Below are positions 10,655 to 22,339 of a stretch of 64,000 nt of DNA, in pieces; position 1 is the first letter of the stretch, and every line of letters begins with the position of its first letter. Both the position numbers and the translations under genes were made by a program. Source of the DNA: Takakia lepidozioides (lineage: Eukaryota; Plantae; Bryophyta); the NCBI GenBank assembly GCA_030704615.1, contig CM060733.1, forward strand, positions 2,480,001 through 2,544,000, read 5' to 3'. Below the pieces are notes generated by a model. It had not been told where the DNA came from and ran no database searches. It saw only the letters and a list, made by a program, of their open reading frames with translations.

Positions 10655-10885
10655 ATTTATTTTATTTTATTTTTCAATAAAGGAAACCTGGGAAGGACTG
10701 CTCACAATTCAGGCCCTTGAGGAGGGGGAAAAATTAACCCCCTTTCAGATAAGCCATTAGGCACACAAGTGGGAACGTCACCACCAGACCAACCGGTCAC
10801 GAACGATCCACACACCAGGCAGGGCAGCGGGTTTGAATCCCAAACCCCAGGGCGACACATTGTGCACTTACCATCTGAGCTGTGC
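10655..10885 (-). mobile_element. tRNA-derived SINE, copy 1
   Basis: Minus-strand head GCACAGCTCAGATGGTAAG (A box) ... GGGATTCAAACCC (B-box-like) and an A-rich tail. The body (ccttgaggagggggaaaaattaaccccctttca) is shared with 55651-55860. Confidence 0.7.
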
Positions 10886-11959
10886 TATTTATTGTGAAAT
10901 ACGCACATTATTGTGAAATACAAAAGAGACATTGAAGACACTCCTAAACATTAATGTTTTGTGTGTCAATGATTGTGGTTTAATTACCAAATTGTAACAA
11001 TCACTACTTAATCCTTAATTTTCTTAGCGACCCGGGTCGCTATAAATTCCCACTTCCACCTAATTTCAGCGGATCTCCTCTGATGGGGCCCACTCCTGAA
11101 GCTTTTATGACAAAGGACTTGTCTCGAATATGAAGCAAAAAAACAGTTTAAATAACAAAAAAAGCTACCACCTACAGAAAATATCTAAGATAACTATGTC
11201 AGATTTTGGTAGTGTAAAGGGCTTGTTGATTGCTGACATGGCAGGTAAAATATATTGTAAAATTAATATAATTAGTTAAAAATAAATAAATAAAATAAAA
11301 AATTTACTTCAGCTTGTGGTGTGTGAGCATTAATAGGCACATCCAAGAATTTTTGTAGGAAAAAAAATACTTCATTTGGAGGCACATTTTTCCTTGTCAA
11401 TTTTTAGACTTTAACCCCTAGGTAATTACATACAAAGCAACCATAGTTGAAAAAAATCAGTTGGACCTGCAATTTAGAGGGAGTGTAGCCATTCGTGGAT
11501 TTGGAAATGGTGGGTCTTGGGGCAAGCAAAATTGGATGAAGCCAGGTATTGATTTGGTCAAACCTATTTTTTTTCCCACTTCTCCTTTGAGACCTGAAAT
11601 TTGAGGTTCGGGCCAATGTTATAATCTCACAATTCCCATGGTGGAATGGGCTCATTTTTTGATATGTTGTGCATAAATGAGATAGGCCCACTTCTATATG
11701 GCTGAAATCTATGGATAATTTTTGGTAGGTCTCGGCGGGCAATTTACTGCAGCTGGATACCCAAAATTGTCAAAAACTCCAAAAAATGCTTGGGAAATTA
11801 AGGGTTAAAAGTATTACAAAATTGCATGCATGTTCCTGACACAAAAAATGTTCAAACTCAATATTTTACAAAAACAAATTATAAAAATATGGATGAGGAT
11901 AAATTTGATGACGAATCAAACACGGTAAAATGTCAATACATAACCAATATTAAAACAAT

Positions 11960-12660
11960 AACAAACTTGAATGGTTTAGAAGAAGATTGGTAGCTCCGCG
12001 AATGTGCACAAAACTATCAACTAAATGGATTCTAGCAATTTGGATTACGTGTGGCAGTATCATTAATGTACCTGCTAATGTTGATCGGATGCAATGTAAA
12101 TTACCCACATACTCCACATGGCGAATAAACAATAGCTTTAATAATTAAACAAATACAGTATAAATATATCACCATTTGTCACTTTCATTGCATCATGTCT
12201 CAAGATCATTTCAATACATAAATACATCACCAAAACATGACAGAACTTTTGAACTAAACCAACGAACTTATTGCAAAATTTTCCACCCGATTCTACTCAT
12301 ATTAAATAAAAAATAATTATAAAAAATACTTGATTCAGCGAGATTTCGTAGAACACATTTGTCTCGCAGAAACAGTCGCTCAATATGACCTCAACAACTT
12401 CAAATAAAAATGTATATCAACAATTATTCGTTGTGTCCATTACAACTTTAATCAAGATACTGAGAATTATTATAGAGAACAACTATTATTGTTTTCTCCT
12501 TTTCGAGAATCAGAACAATCTTAAAAGAAAAATCACATAATTGAGCATGATGCATATACATAGAGAAACAAACGACAATTCAACACATTCATGATACACT
12601 CAAAAGTTTAAATACTGAATCAGCAAAAATTGTGATTGACATTCTTTACAGAACATCGTC
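11960..12660 (+). pseudogene. Degenerate Helitron Rep/helicase fragments
   Basis: Frameshifted LNGLEERLVAPR...GSIINVPANVD (DUF6570-like N-terminus of RepHel) and IIRCVHYNFNQDTENYYREQLLLFSPFRESEQ (region between Rep and the Pif1 helicase). Confidence 0.6.
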
Positions 12661-14024
12661 AATGACCTTGCAGAACCAAAAAAAGAGGATATTACAGGAT
12701 GAGTCTTGGAAAAAGAAGTTTTCTCTAATTCCATATTTAAATCCATAGTAGGAACAAGAACATTTCTTTGTAGACACCTTAGCAATTGTCTTATCCGTTT
12801 TCGTGTGCGTGCACATCTAAATGGATTTCTCTCTCATCACGTTTTCATGGTTTCCATTGTTCTTTGTCTCATGTGATAATGTCCTTCTCTTCTATGTAGG
12901 TGAAAAGGATCACTGCTCTTGAAAATTTTCAGATCGATGGCTACTTGTAGCCAGAAGGCATACGAGTTTGATGACTCCCCTCTGAGAGTTGGTTGTTCGG
13001 AGTTGCTACACACGCGTGGATCTACAGATGAGGTGTATTACATGCGTCTCGAGCCCTCGATCGAGAGCTAAGGAGAGGAAATGCAGAAGAATGTCACCGC
13101 AGAAGGGGGAAGGAGCGAGAGAGCAAAGCGGTGGAACATGCAACGAGTGTGCACGAGCAGATGCGGAAACAACCACGTCTCCCCAAGCGTTGCCACTCTC
13201 CACCACTTTCCGCCGTATGGGCAGTGAAGAGATTGCGACCCCTGACATGTACAGACGGATGAAGTCGTCTGGAACGTGACGCGTGTCTGTTGCGGACACC
13301 AGCAGACAACGCTTTATCCAAATTGCGGCGCCGAAATACCGTTTCGTCCACAGGATTCTGTACCCGGATCAGCCGGCATTGAAGGCACTATCCGCACATC
13401 ATCAAACCCAACTGCCGATTGACATGACATTCAACAGTAAGGTGGGCATATTTCATTCAGGCACAGTTGAATTTCGGCGCCGAAATTCATCCTCTGCAAG
13501 TGCTTTCATCCCCAAAAATTTGAATTTCGGTGCCGAAATTCATCGCTTGCCTACTCATCCGTCAAGAGCACACATGTCAGTCGGATTTCGGTACCGGAAT
13601 TCATTCCGGAACAGGGGACAGTCCTGCACTTGGGCACAATTCATCCATATTTTGGCGCCGAAATTCATTAACAAAAACTCCATCCGGGAGCAGAAGGGGG
13701 CAATCATCCATATTTTGGCGCCGAAATACATCCATCGCCCACACATCCGCACCATGCTACGCTTTTGCGACAACATTGTCCCCTACGGTTTCTGCACATG
13801 CCAGTTCACTTTGCCATGTCCGGACGATTAAGCCCAATTTCGGCGCCAAAATTAATCAAAATTAGAGTTTATGTGGCGCAACGTGCTATACGGAAAAGTG
13901 CCACTTCAGGGATACGCTCAGTTTCCAATCCAAACAACGGTTCTGCATGCAATTAATGTTTCCCTTACTTTAGAAAAAACATGTTGCGTGCAATGGATAA
14001 CGGCCATTTGGCCACCTGCAGGGG

Positions 14025-15129
14025 TTAAATGACACGAATTCTCCATTTCATCAGGATATTCATGTTTTTTCTATCTGAATCGGTACTTTCATCCCTATTT
14101 TTGCGTCGAATATCATCCGCAAGCAAGAAATACCTGAAGCGTTCATCCAAATTTCGACGCATTGTATCACTAAAGCTAGATGATCCGGCTCTTACTATGG
14201 TATCCATGAAGAAAGCGGACTCTGGAATCAAGCCTTTCAAAATGCATAGGCTCGTCATGGCTTGTTGTAGTGGATTGCTAGGCATTCCCTGATCAGGTTC
14301 AATGTATGTCACTAATGCTTCCCATGAAGCGATGTCGACGTTGGGTAGTGATGCATGGCCTTGTGGCACTATGTCGAAAGTTGTTGTCCGTATCTCTTGC
14401 ACGTTGATTTGAGATAGTTGAGGTTCAAGGTTTACCTCTGGGATATCCTCTATCAATTAATGTATGTTATGAAGGTGCTCACCACTGGTGGTTATTGTTT
14501 TGAAATCTGATAGCGAGAGGTGGTTCTTTGCTTGGTTGGCCTCTAATTCACTGGCTATTTGTTGAGGGCCAACAATATTTGGTCCAAAAAAATATTTGGA
14601 ACAATAGTGGTAGTTTGTTGAGGATGGAATTGATTTCGACAAACTCCACCAACCGACTAGCGTTGTATGTATGCTTTTGATCTAATTGTATCTTGGTTGG
14701 TTTTTCAAATAAATCTTCATGCGTCACATGTGGTCTAGAAAGAACTTGTGCTGGTGTGTCTTCTTTGGATAAATGGAAGATGGTTGCCAAGTAAACCTCT
14801 GTAAGAAGAATGTCCTCCCCTCGTACTTGTATTTGTCGTGTCAGATTCTCATTGTAATTCTGCAAGAATTCACAGACCATCTTTTCTCCACAAATAGTCC
14901 AGTCCATTGCCATAATAAAATACTTGAGTTGAAGTAGTTGCAAAAAAATTTCCATCTCAACATTTGCCTTGAACGTTCTAATTGCAACGTTTGTCTTGAA
15001 GATGTGTTTTTCAGTATTTATCATCGATGGAACAACAATCCATTCAGATTTAACGATACCTTTAAATGGACTGACATTTTTAAGTGACGATCGTCGAGAC
15101 AGTTTATAAAACGATATGACCAAGTACAT
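14025..15129 (-). pseudogene. Plant transposon accessory protein (ATHILA ORF1/Transposase_32-like), frameshifted
   Basis: MVCEFLQNY...IQVRGEDILLTEVYLATIFHL resembles the LVxEFYxN..VRG..IxxIFxL motif of plant TE accessory proteins. It is split over three frames. Confidence 0.4.
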
Positions 15130-16129
15130 TTATTAGTTCTAGATGAAATTTCACTTCTGTAAACCGAATGCTTACTTTCATCGACAAGAGATTAAAATCT
15201 ATTAAACACATTCGAAATAGTTTTGTTGATAATTTAGATGTTATAACTACCGGAGTTTTTTACCAAACACCACCAATTCAAGACTCATCGATTTTTAAAC
15301 CAAAAGTGGAGGTTAGCTATTTCATGAGCATGAGCGGCATGAGCGGAGTAGTAAGACAATCGGTTTTCATCAGCAGAAGTATAAATTCTGGAAATAAAAA
15401 ACATTATAAACATTATTTTAATGGAATATGTCAGAAAAACAATATAATATTCATTGTTTGAAGTAGAAATTGTAGTTTTGAGAGCCGTGCTCATGATATT
15501 TCGTCTTCCGCTCATGCGAATTCCGAGCGACATCTGCAAAAATGGCGCCGAATTTCGCGGTAATAGGTTCCGCAACCGGAGAAATCTGCGACGTATTTCG
15601 CGGTAATAGGTGTCTCCGGCGAAAAATGGTGCCGAATTTCACGGCTATAGGTCCCAACATAGTTGAAGTGTAACCCCAAAATTTGAAAATGTGGCGCCGA
15701 ATTTCGGTACATGGTGCCGGGGATTGCACAGATGTTGGCAGTTCTGGGCCATGTAACTGGAAATTCGACGTCATTTTTTCAAACATCGTTTCCGTACATG
15801 TTGGGATTAGCCAGTTTTCGGCCCAAAATAGAGAAATTCGGCGCCTTTTTTCCAGAAATGGCCCCCACAACTGCAACTGTTGGAACTCAGTGTTCTGGAA
15901 GATTTGCAAATTTTTCCTGCCGCCATCTTTGTATTGATTCTGTTTTGACATTGAATTGCCACTGGACGTCAACGGATATCCAGCAGTCCATAGTGTTTAA
16001 AAGACATTACTTTAATATTGTCTGTCTCATTCCAGGAGTTTTGGGGTGCATTTCATTAGACTGCAAAACAAAGTCTAATGCATCAAAATGCAATTGCAAA
16101 TATCCATATGGTGGATTCTCTTTGCCCCA

Positions 16130-19100
16130 TCAATGATTTATGGAATCCCGGCGGAGGAGTTTGTGTAGCTCGTTCACGCTCAACGCTGGTGCATGAATAA
16201 AGTCATCAATAGGCAAGTTCATCCTCAACCTCTTCAGGTAAATGTAATACAGATGCTTGCACGGATAATACTTTGACCCCTTCTTTGATTCCATCAACGA
16301 GAAGTCCGTACAATTGCAAGTTGGCTCCACTCTAATCGTAATTGTGTATACGTCGTCGCGTACAGCTGAGCCGGCCGTTGCCATCCGATAAACACACCCA
16401 AGGCCGGGTGGGGGTACGTCCATGGAGCTCTGAATAGTGCAAGCCATCCCAAGAGCATTGGCAATCCGAGTCTCATTCAACTTATTGGGAGGGTGTCGTC
16501 TCTTCACTCTTCCGAATTGCATTGTGGGATGTGCAGAATTGTCCACTCCGTCTCTACTGGACCGAGCAGTCTGCACTGGCTGGGTCTGAGGAACTGGAAA
16601 TGCGTGGGCCGGGACGTCTGTGCGTTGCACCATTCAAAATCATGTTGCAGAAAGAGCATCCGCCACATTCTGAGAGAGGTTGCAACCCGGTGCAACAGGC
16701 CAGACGCCCGGAGGCTCCGGCATTCCCTAAATCCCGTACTTGGGCTTGCCAAATACACAGGTCATTATGTCGTGCCTACAGAACCAAAATGTCTACGTTG
16801 TGGCGTGAGAAAATGTGGGAGTCAAAAATCTGCCGCTGAAACAAGGTGCAGGTACAACACCGTGTGGGTTCCTCCAAATCATTTCACCACAGCGTGCTCT
16901 CGTATCCACCCGGATAGCCCAGCACTTCCCTCAAAATGCCGGCAATGTCCTTACAATTCTCCACTGTGACTCCGACACTCTTGTCTCCACAATGGGTATG
17001 TTGTACTGCGTTACTACAGATGGCTCGTTATGTTCCTCGGGCACGTGCCCTGTGCTCAAAGGAGTTGACGATCTTGAACGTGCAGGACTTGCGGTGCTCG
17101 ACGAGACCTCCTCGGGCAACATCACGGGACCACGAGGGAGCGTGCGAATATTCTTGTCAGTTTGCCATGAATCCTCTTCTCCGCCAGGTGCCTCGTCAAG
17201 TCTTCGTCTCACTGGACGGGTGTGAACATCTCCTTCCAAGTGTTGGCCTCTTCGAAGCAATGGCGTGTCCCGAAGGCCCTCTCGCAAGGCTGCCGCCCAC
17301 TTCCGAGGATTCTTTGGTTTGGAGGCAGTCCGCATCAGCATTTCCTGCCTGTCCGGCCCCAAGCCCCACTGTTTCCCTTTCAAGAACTCGTTGTACCTGC
17401 ATTGCTGCATAATTGACCTCATAATGTCCTCCGTTGTGGCAATGAGGATGTCCACCAGATGCGCTACAGAGGAGGCACGCTAGGAAGAATGTACTGATTC
17501 GGCCATGTTTGTTGTCGGCATGTCGGTGTCGGAGTCGAGACACATTTCCTACACATGCACATGTTGAGGTTACAAGCAAGTTACAAATAATGAGTAGCAT
17601 AATATTCAACGGGACGTGAATTCGTCCAACTCACCTCCCGCATATACTCGCCGAACTGGAGGAAACGATAATGCCACCATGCTAGCCAACTGACCATTGC
17701 TCCCTCGTCTGATTTTTTTACAGTACCTGACGTTGTCCACCAAGCTCGTATACATGCAAACTGTGTCTCTGCATCATCCAAGGTGGGAGCACGCTTCCAC
17801 GCAAGACACATGGAACGGTGCTCCTATCTGAAATCTGGTGCCACGAGCCTGGTTGTGTACAGCAACAAGCTCTGCAGAAAATGGAACCCACAAGATCTCT
17901 CATTGCTTTCCATCGGAACATTGGGGTCTTCCCCGTACACCCTTCGGATGGCAACCCAATTTGCTTGTGCATTGTCCGCCATGAAACCAAGGAAATTGGG
18001 AGGGGGCAATCCTGCCCTGGCCATCTGTTCGTTTATTCCCTACCAAAGAATCATCTCCGATTGTGTGTCATCTCCTTTCATCTCACAAATAGCAATTGTC
18101 ATTAGCATCCTGCAGTGGGTGTCGTAGACATGTGCACCCATTGTCACCCACTGGTGATTTGTAATTCGCTTGATATGATCAAACATGACCCAACTGTTTG
18201 ACAAGTCCCCACTTGTCATCCGGTCGACCAGTTCGACGCCGCTGCCAGGCCCACACGTGAACATTTTGAATACGAAACAACGATCTGCCTCAGTCCCTTG
18301 TTTTGGAAACCTACTTCCATGAATGTAGTCATATCCACATCGTCGCTTCACCTCCAGAATGGAGTGCATATCCAAGCCACGCCCAATTCTCTGTTTGCAG
18401 GAGACAATGTGGTTTCGGACATTCGGTGAACAGATGTGGGACATTGACTCCAGCAATGCCTCCATTTCTTTCTCATCGAGAGGAACTCTGTCAGAGCCAT
18501 CTTCCGACATAATTCTGGCCAATGCCATCTTATGGGCGGCCTGCAGCTGTATCTGTTTGGGTTTGGCACCAGGTCTCAACTTAATCTCCTCCTGAATGAG
18601 CTGCTCTGCCTCGTGGGCAGCCTCCCGCGAGTTCCCCCTCGCCAATTTGTGACAATGGGAACCAACGTGTATGCAAGCTCGTGTGAGGTCAGAGAAACGG
18701 TGCAACACATAGAACAGCTTGGCATTACAAACAGACATGCAATGTGGTGGTTCTTTGAAATGCGCACACTTAAATGTGGAGTTTGGAACCTTCTCCTGAG
18801 CTCGTTGTGCCTGTCCAATCCGTCTCGTTCCTGTGACCTGTGGATTTAAAGTGGAAGCAAATTAGGGAGAAACACCGCAACGCTCCCGCACAAACAACGT
18901 AGCGCACCCACACACCATCGAGCATCTTCATGCTGGTGGTTTTGGTGATGCACCAAGGATGACCGTCATGTTTCCTATCCATATCTGTCAACATTCCGGA
19001 CGCCCTCGAATAGTCCGTTCGAGGAGGGAACTCAAAGAAGATATTACTGTCGACGTCTGCGGGAAGGCATGTAACAGATTTAATTGTGAACTTGCTGTAG

Positions 19101-19750
19101 TCCAGCCCAGCCAGTTCCGAGCGGTGTCCCTCCATGTGAAGCCCTCGCAAAATTTCAAGAATGGATCGAATTGTTGAGCTCGTGCTGGGAATATGACTCC
19201 CTCGTCCGCTGATGTCCATTGAGGACTTGCCTGATCTCCAGGATGATCTTGGAACTTCCATGACCTCGTCTGAGTCGGACAGGTTGTGAACAACCCGGTT
19301 CTCGCTCGTCTTCATTGATGGGTTCGGCTCTGGATTTACTTTGTTGCGGACTTCTCTCTTTGAGGTACCCACTCTCTTATTCGCGGATTGTTTCGTGGAA
19401 GGCGCCAGGATAGAAGGCGCATTTGGCGGGCAAATGAAGTCCCCAACAGCTTTGTATATGACGTTGTCCGATGGTGGAACTCGCCATTCCCTGCCGTCGC
19501 CAAAATCATCGTGGAGCACAACAATACTTTCGACTACAACTCCATTTGAGTCCTTCCTTTCCTCCTCCAAAAATACCGACCCCGGTTTCAAGTGGTATCG
19601 AACACAGAGATATTTCTCCATCACCCAGCAGATCTCCCATCTGCACGGAAATGTAGCTCTATGCTCGTGAGGAGGGCAGTACACTATAGCGCTCGGGTTT
19701 TCTGTCATGAGAGATGTGCACACAAGACTGCCAGGACAGCGTTCGGGCAA
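16130..19750 (-). pseudogene. MULE-type transposase: WRKY-GCM1-like Zn finger + DDE domain + SWIM; disrupted, with at least one intron (about 17470-17634)
   Basis: Zn finger CAGALRC...CNAK...RACIHVGSHCH; MULE D..D..CxxH core WVMFDHIKR...TIAICEMKGDD / GFMADNAQANW / ERSCGFHFLQSL; SWIM PTCNCTDF...PCKHLYYIY. Confidence 0.75.
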
Positions 19751-21077
19751 GCGCCCTGGGAGAAGGGGGGATGCAGTGAGGGAAAGGAATGTAGGGCCGA
19801 TTTTTCCGAGCGACGAAGCCTATTCACGAATCCGGGGAGCCCACTCTCCCAAAAATCCACTGTCAGAGTGTTAATGAACCTTGTCTCCGGAATGCAGCCC
19901 CTGGCCTTTGCGCACTAATTGCCAACGGTATGCAGTCAAAAGGTATATGACCTGTGCAGATGTGCTGCGCAAACCTATAATTACGGCGTCTGACAAGAAG
20001 CGTGGGGGGGCGAGCGTGCAAGCACCTTCCCCATGGACAGAGGGAACTGACAAAGGTGGCATTCCAGTGGGTCTGATTGCAACAAAATGCAACATTGCGC
20101 AAAAAGTGGAACTTTGGTTCAAAGGAGATATTTTTATTAATAATGAACTGTGACAAGTATGCATGCCCTCACAAGCCGAGGGAAGCCAAAAGTATGCATG
20201 CCATCCATGCTCAGGTAAGTTGGGAATTTTCTCCCGTGTTGCACTATTCTCACGAAGCTGGAACCTCGATTGGCCTCTCAACAAGCTCATGACTGATAGG
20301 ATGTCGGTAGGTAAAGACAATGGATGCAGCCCGTTCTCATTTGGTGTAGTGGACAACGGTGTCATGTCCTTCGATATATGCACCATCGTAAATCGAGATC
20401 TTTGTTGTGGAGACTTTGTGTCCATAGGACTCATCCTCGTAGCTTATGAGAATGTCCCCATACACTGTTTGCGATGGAATCCTCTCTGGCATGTACGTAC
20501 ACCCAATGCAATCCTCGTAGGCCCACTGGCAACACCTCCAATGATGTAGGAAGGTCGTGCGGCTTTTGGGGATGTTCCATGTAGGCGGATAGTGCAGATC
20601 AACGATTCGCAGGCACCAAAGCCGCGCAAGCCCGTCCCCGTGAGGCTGATCGTGGAAGGCCAGGAAGGTACTCAAGAGCGGACAGGTGCACCCTCTTCTG
20701 CTGAGAGGGGTCTATCAATCCTACAGGTATATAAAAATATCCCCTGACTTGGGCGAGAAGTCCCACGGGGTGAGATGCTTGTTTGGGCAGTTGCTAGGAT
20801 CCCGGCACGCCATCGCCGACTACTGAAAGGGCTGCCAGGAAGCAGAGAGGGTGCGCAGGGAAGGGGGAGTGTGGGGAAGATGAAGTGAGAGAAGCTCGGA
20901 GCGAGGAAGTGTTGTTGTTGTCTCCGTTTGAAACGCGTGGGTCACGAGCGAAGGTCGGGCAAGTGGCAAAGCAAAAGAGCAGCATTTAATATAACCGTAA
21001 CCAGGAATGAGGCGCAGAATTTACTTCGACATGACGTCCAATCGGAGGGTGATGGCCCCATGTGCCTGCCAAAGAAC

Positions 21078-21670
21078 TTCCCCCGGATGGAAAAACGGCG
21101 CCGAAATTCCATCCGAGGCCGGTCGGTTGAAGTCGTCTCGGGGGGAGAGGCCAACACCTGGCCGATGGAGAACATCCCCCAGATGGAAAAACGGCGCCGA
21201 ATTTCCATCCAAGGCCGCAAGGATGAAGTCGTCTCGGGGGGAGAGGCCAACACCTGGCCGACAGAGAACATCCCCCGGATGGAAAAACGGCGCCGAAATT
21301 CCATCCAAGGCCGGTCGGTTGAAGTCGTCTCGGGGGGAGAGGCCGACACCTGGCCGACGGAGAACATCCCCCGGATGGAAAACCGGCGCCGAATTTCCAT
21401 CCGAGGCCGCACGGATGAAGTCGTCTCGGGGGGAGAGGCCGACACCTGGCCGACGGAGAACATCCCCCGGATGGAAAAACGGCGCCAAATTTCCATCCGA
21501 GGCCGCACGGATGAAGTCGTCTCGGGGGGAGAGGCCGACACCGGCCGACGGAGAATATCCCCCGGATGGAAAAACGGCGCCGAATTTCCATCCGAGGCCG
21601 GTCGGATGAAGTCGTCTCGGGGGGGAGAGGCCGACAGAGATCATCTGAAGGATGGTAAAACGGCGCCGAA
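21078..21670. repeat. Tandem array of about six 96-bp units, each with a stem-loop centred on GGCGCC
   Basis: atggaaaaacgg (or a variant) recurs at 21087, 21183, 21279, 21375, 21471, 21566 and 21652. Each unit contains ggatggaaa-aacggcgccgaa-tttccatcc. Confidence 0.95.
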
Positions 21671-22339
21671 TATCCATCCACAGACGCCCGTTTCGACCCT
21701 TCATCAACAATTTTCAGTCGTTGCATCAAGTTTTTCGCGTTTTTTTGTCTAATCAGACACTAAACTTAGAGTTTTTTGCCTGCGGGCCACTTTTTGGCAC
21801 ATTATTCCAACCAATGTCGTCCGCTAGAGACAAATTCGGTGCCGGTTTTCCATCCATGAGATGGACCGACTTACCTGCAGGATGGAAATTCGGCGCCGGT
21901 TTTCCATCCGGCCGCCCTCCCGCTTACCTGCTCACTACTACATTTAGGGGGGGTTAGCGATGCCGGGACCCCGGGCGCACCGGACGCGCCGACCCTCCTA
22001 TGACTGCAGCGCCGCGCAAGCGCCCGGCCCGGAAATTGCGACGTCGCCGCGTCGCCACCGTATCGCTCCGGTGACGCTTTGCCAGCTTGTGATTCCGCCA
22101 CGTCGCTGCATTTGGGGCATGACCCGCCAGCGAGCTGGGGATTGCGACGTCCGGGCGTCGCACGTACCCTCTGCGAGGCTCCCGCAAGGCTGCGACTACC
22201 GGGAATCGCAACAACACCCCTCACACTTGGGCGCGTGGGGAGGGCCAAGTCAACTCGCGCTGGGTTTTGCGACGTCTAGACGTCACCGAAATGCCACAAT
22301 GGCGAGGTTGCGATTCCTCGCAGTCGCAGGCCTGCTGGG

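Larger units (their letters stand above)
13320..21925 (-). mobile_element. Mutator-like (MULE) DNA transposon with SWIM transposase; boundaries approximate
   Basis: Transposase at 16130-19750, a second TE-type ORF at 14025-15129, and many copies of the palindrome aatttcggcgccgaaatt at both ends (13320-13860, 15540-15850, 21085-21910). Confidence 0.65.

Noticed and set aside
10840-10885. tRNA gene
   Set aside because: It has A/B-box similarity only, with no convincing cloverleaf; it continues into a repeated body and A-tail, so it is a SINE.
21078-21670. CRISPR-like palindromic repeat array
   Set aside because: The intervening sequence is also repeated (no unique spacers), there are no cas genes, and the context is eukaryotic.
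20928-21752. Long ORFs in several frames (274, 247, 229, 200 and 199 aa)
   Set aside because: They are by-products of a GC-rich, stop-poor 96-bp tandem repeat that is open on both strands; there is no evidence of real coding.
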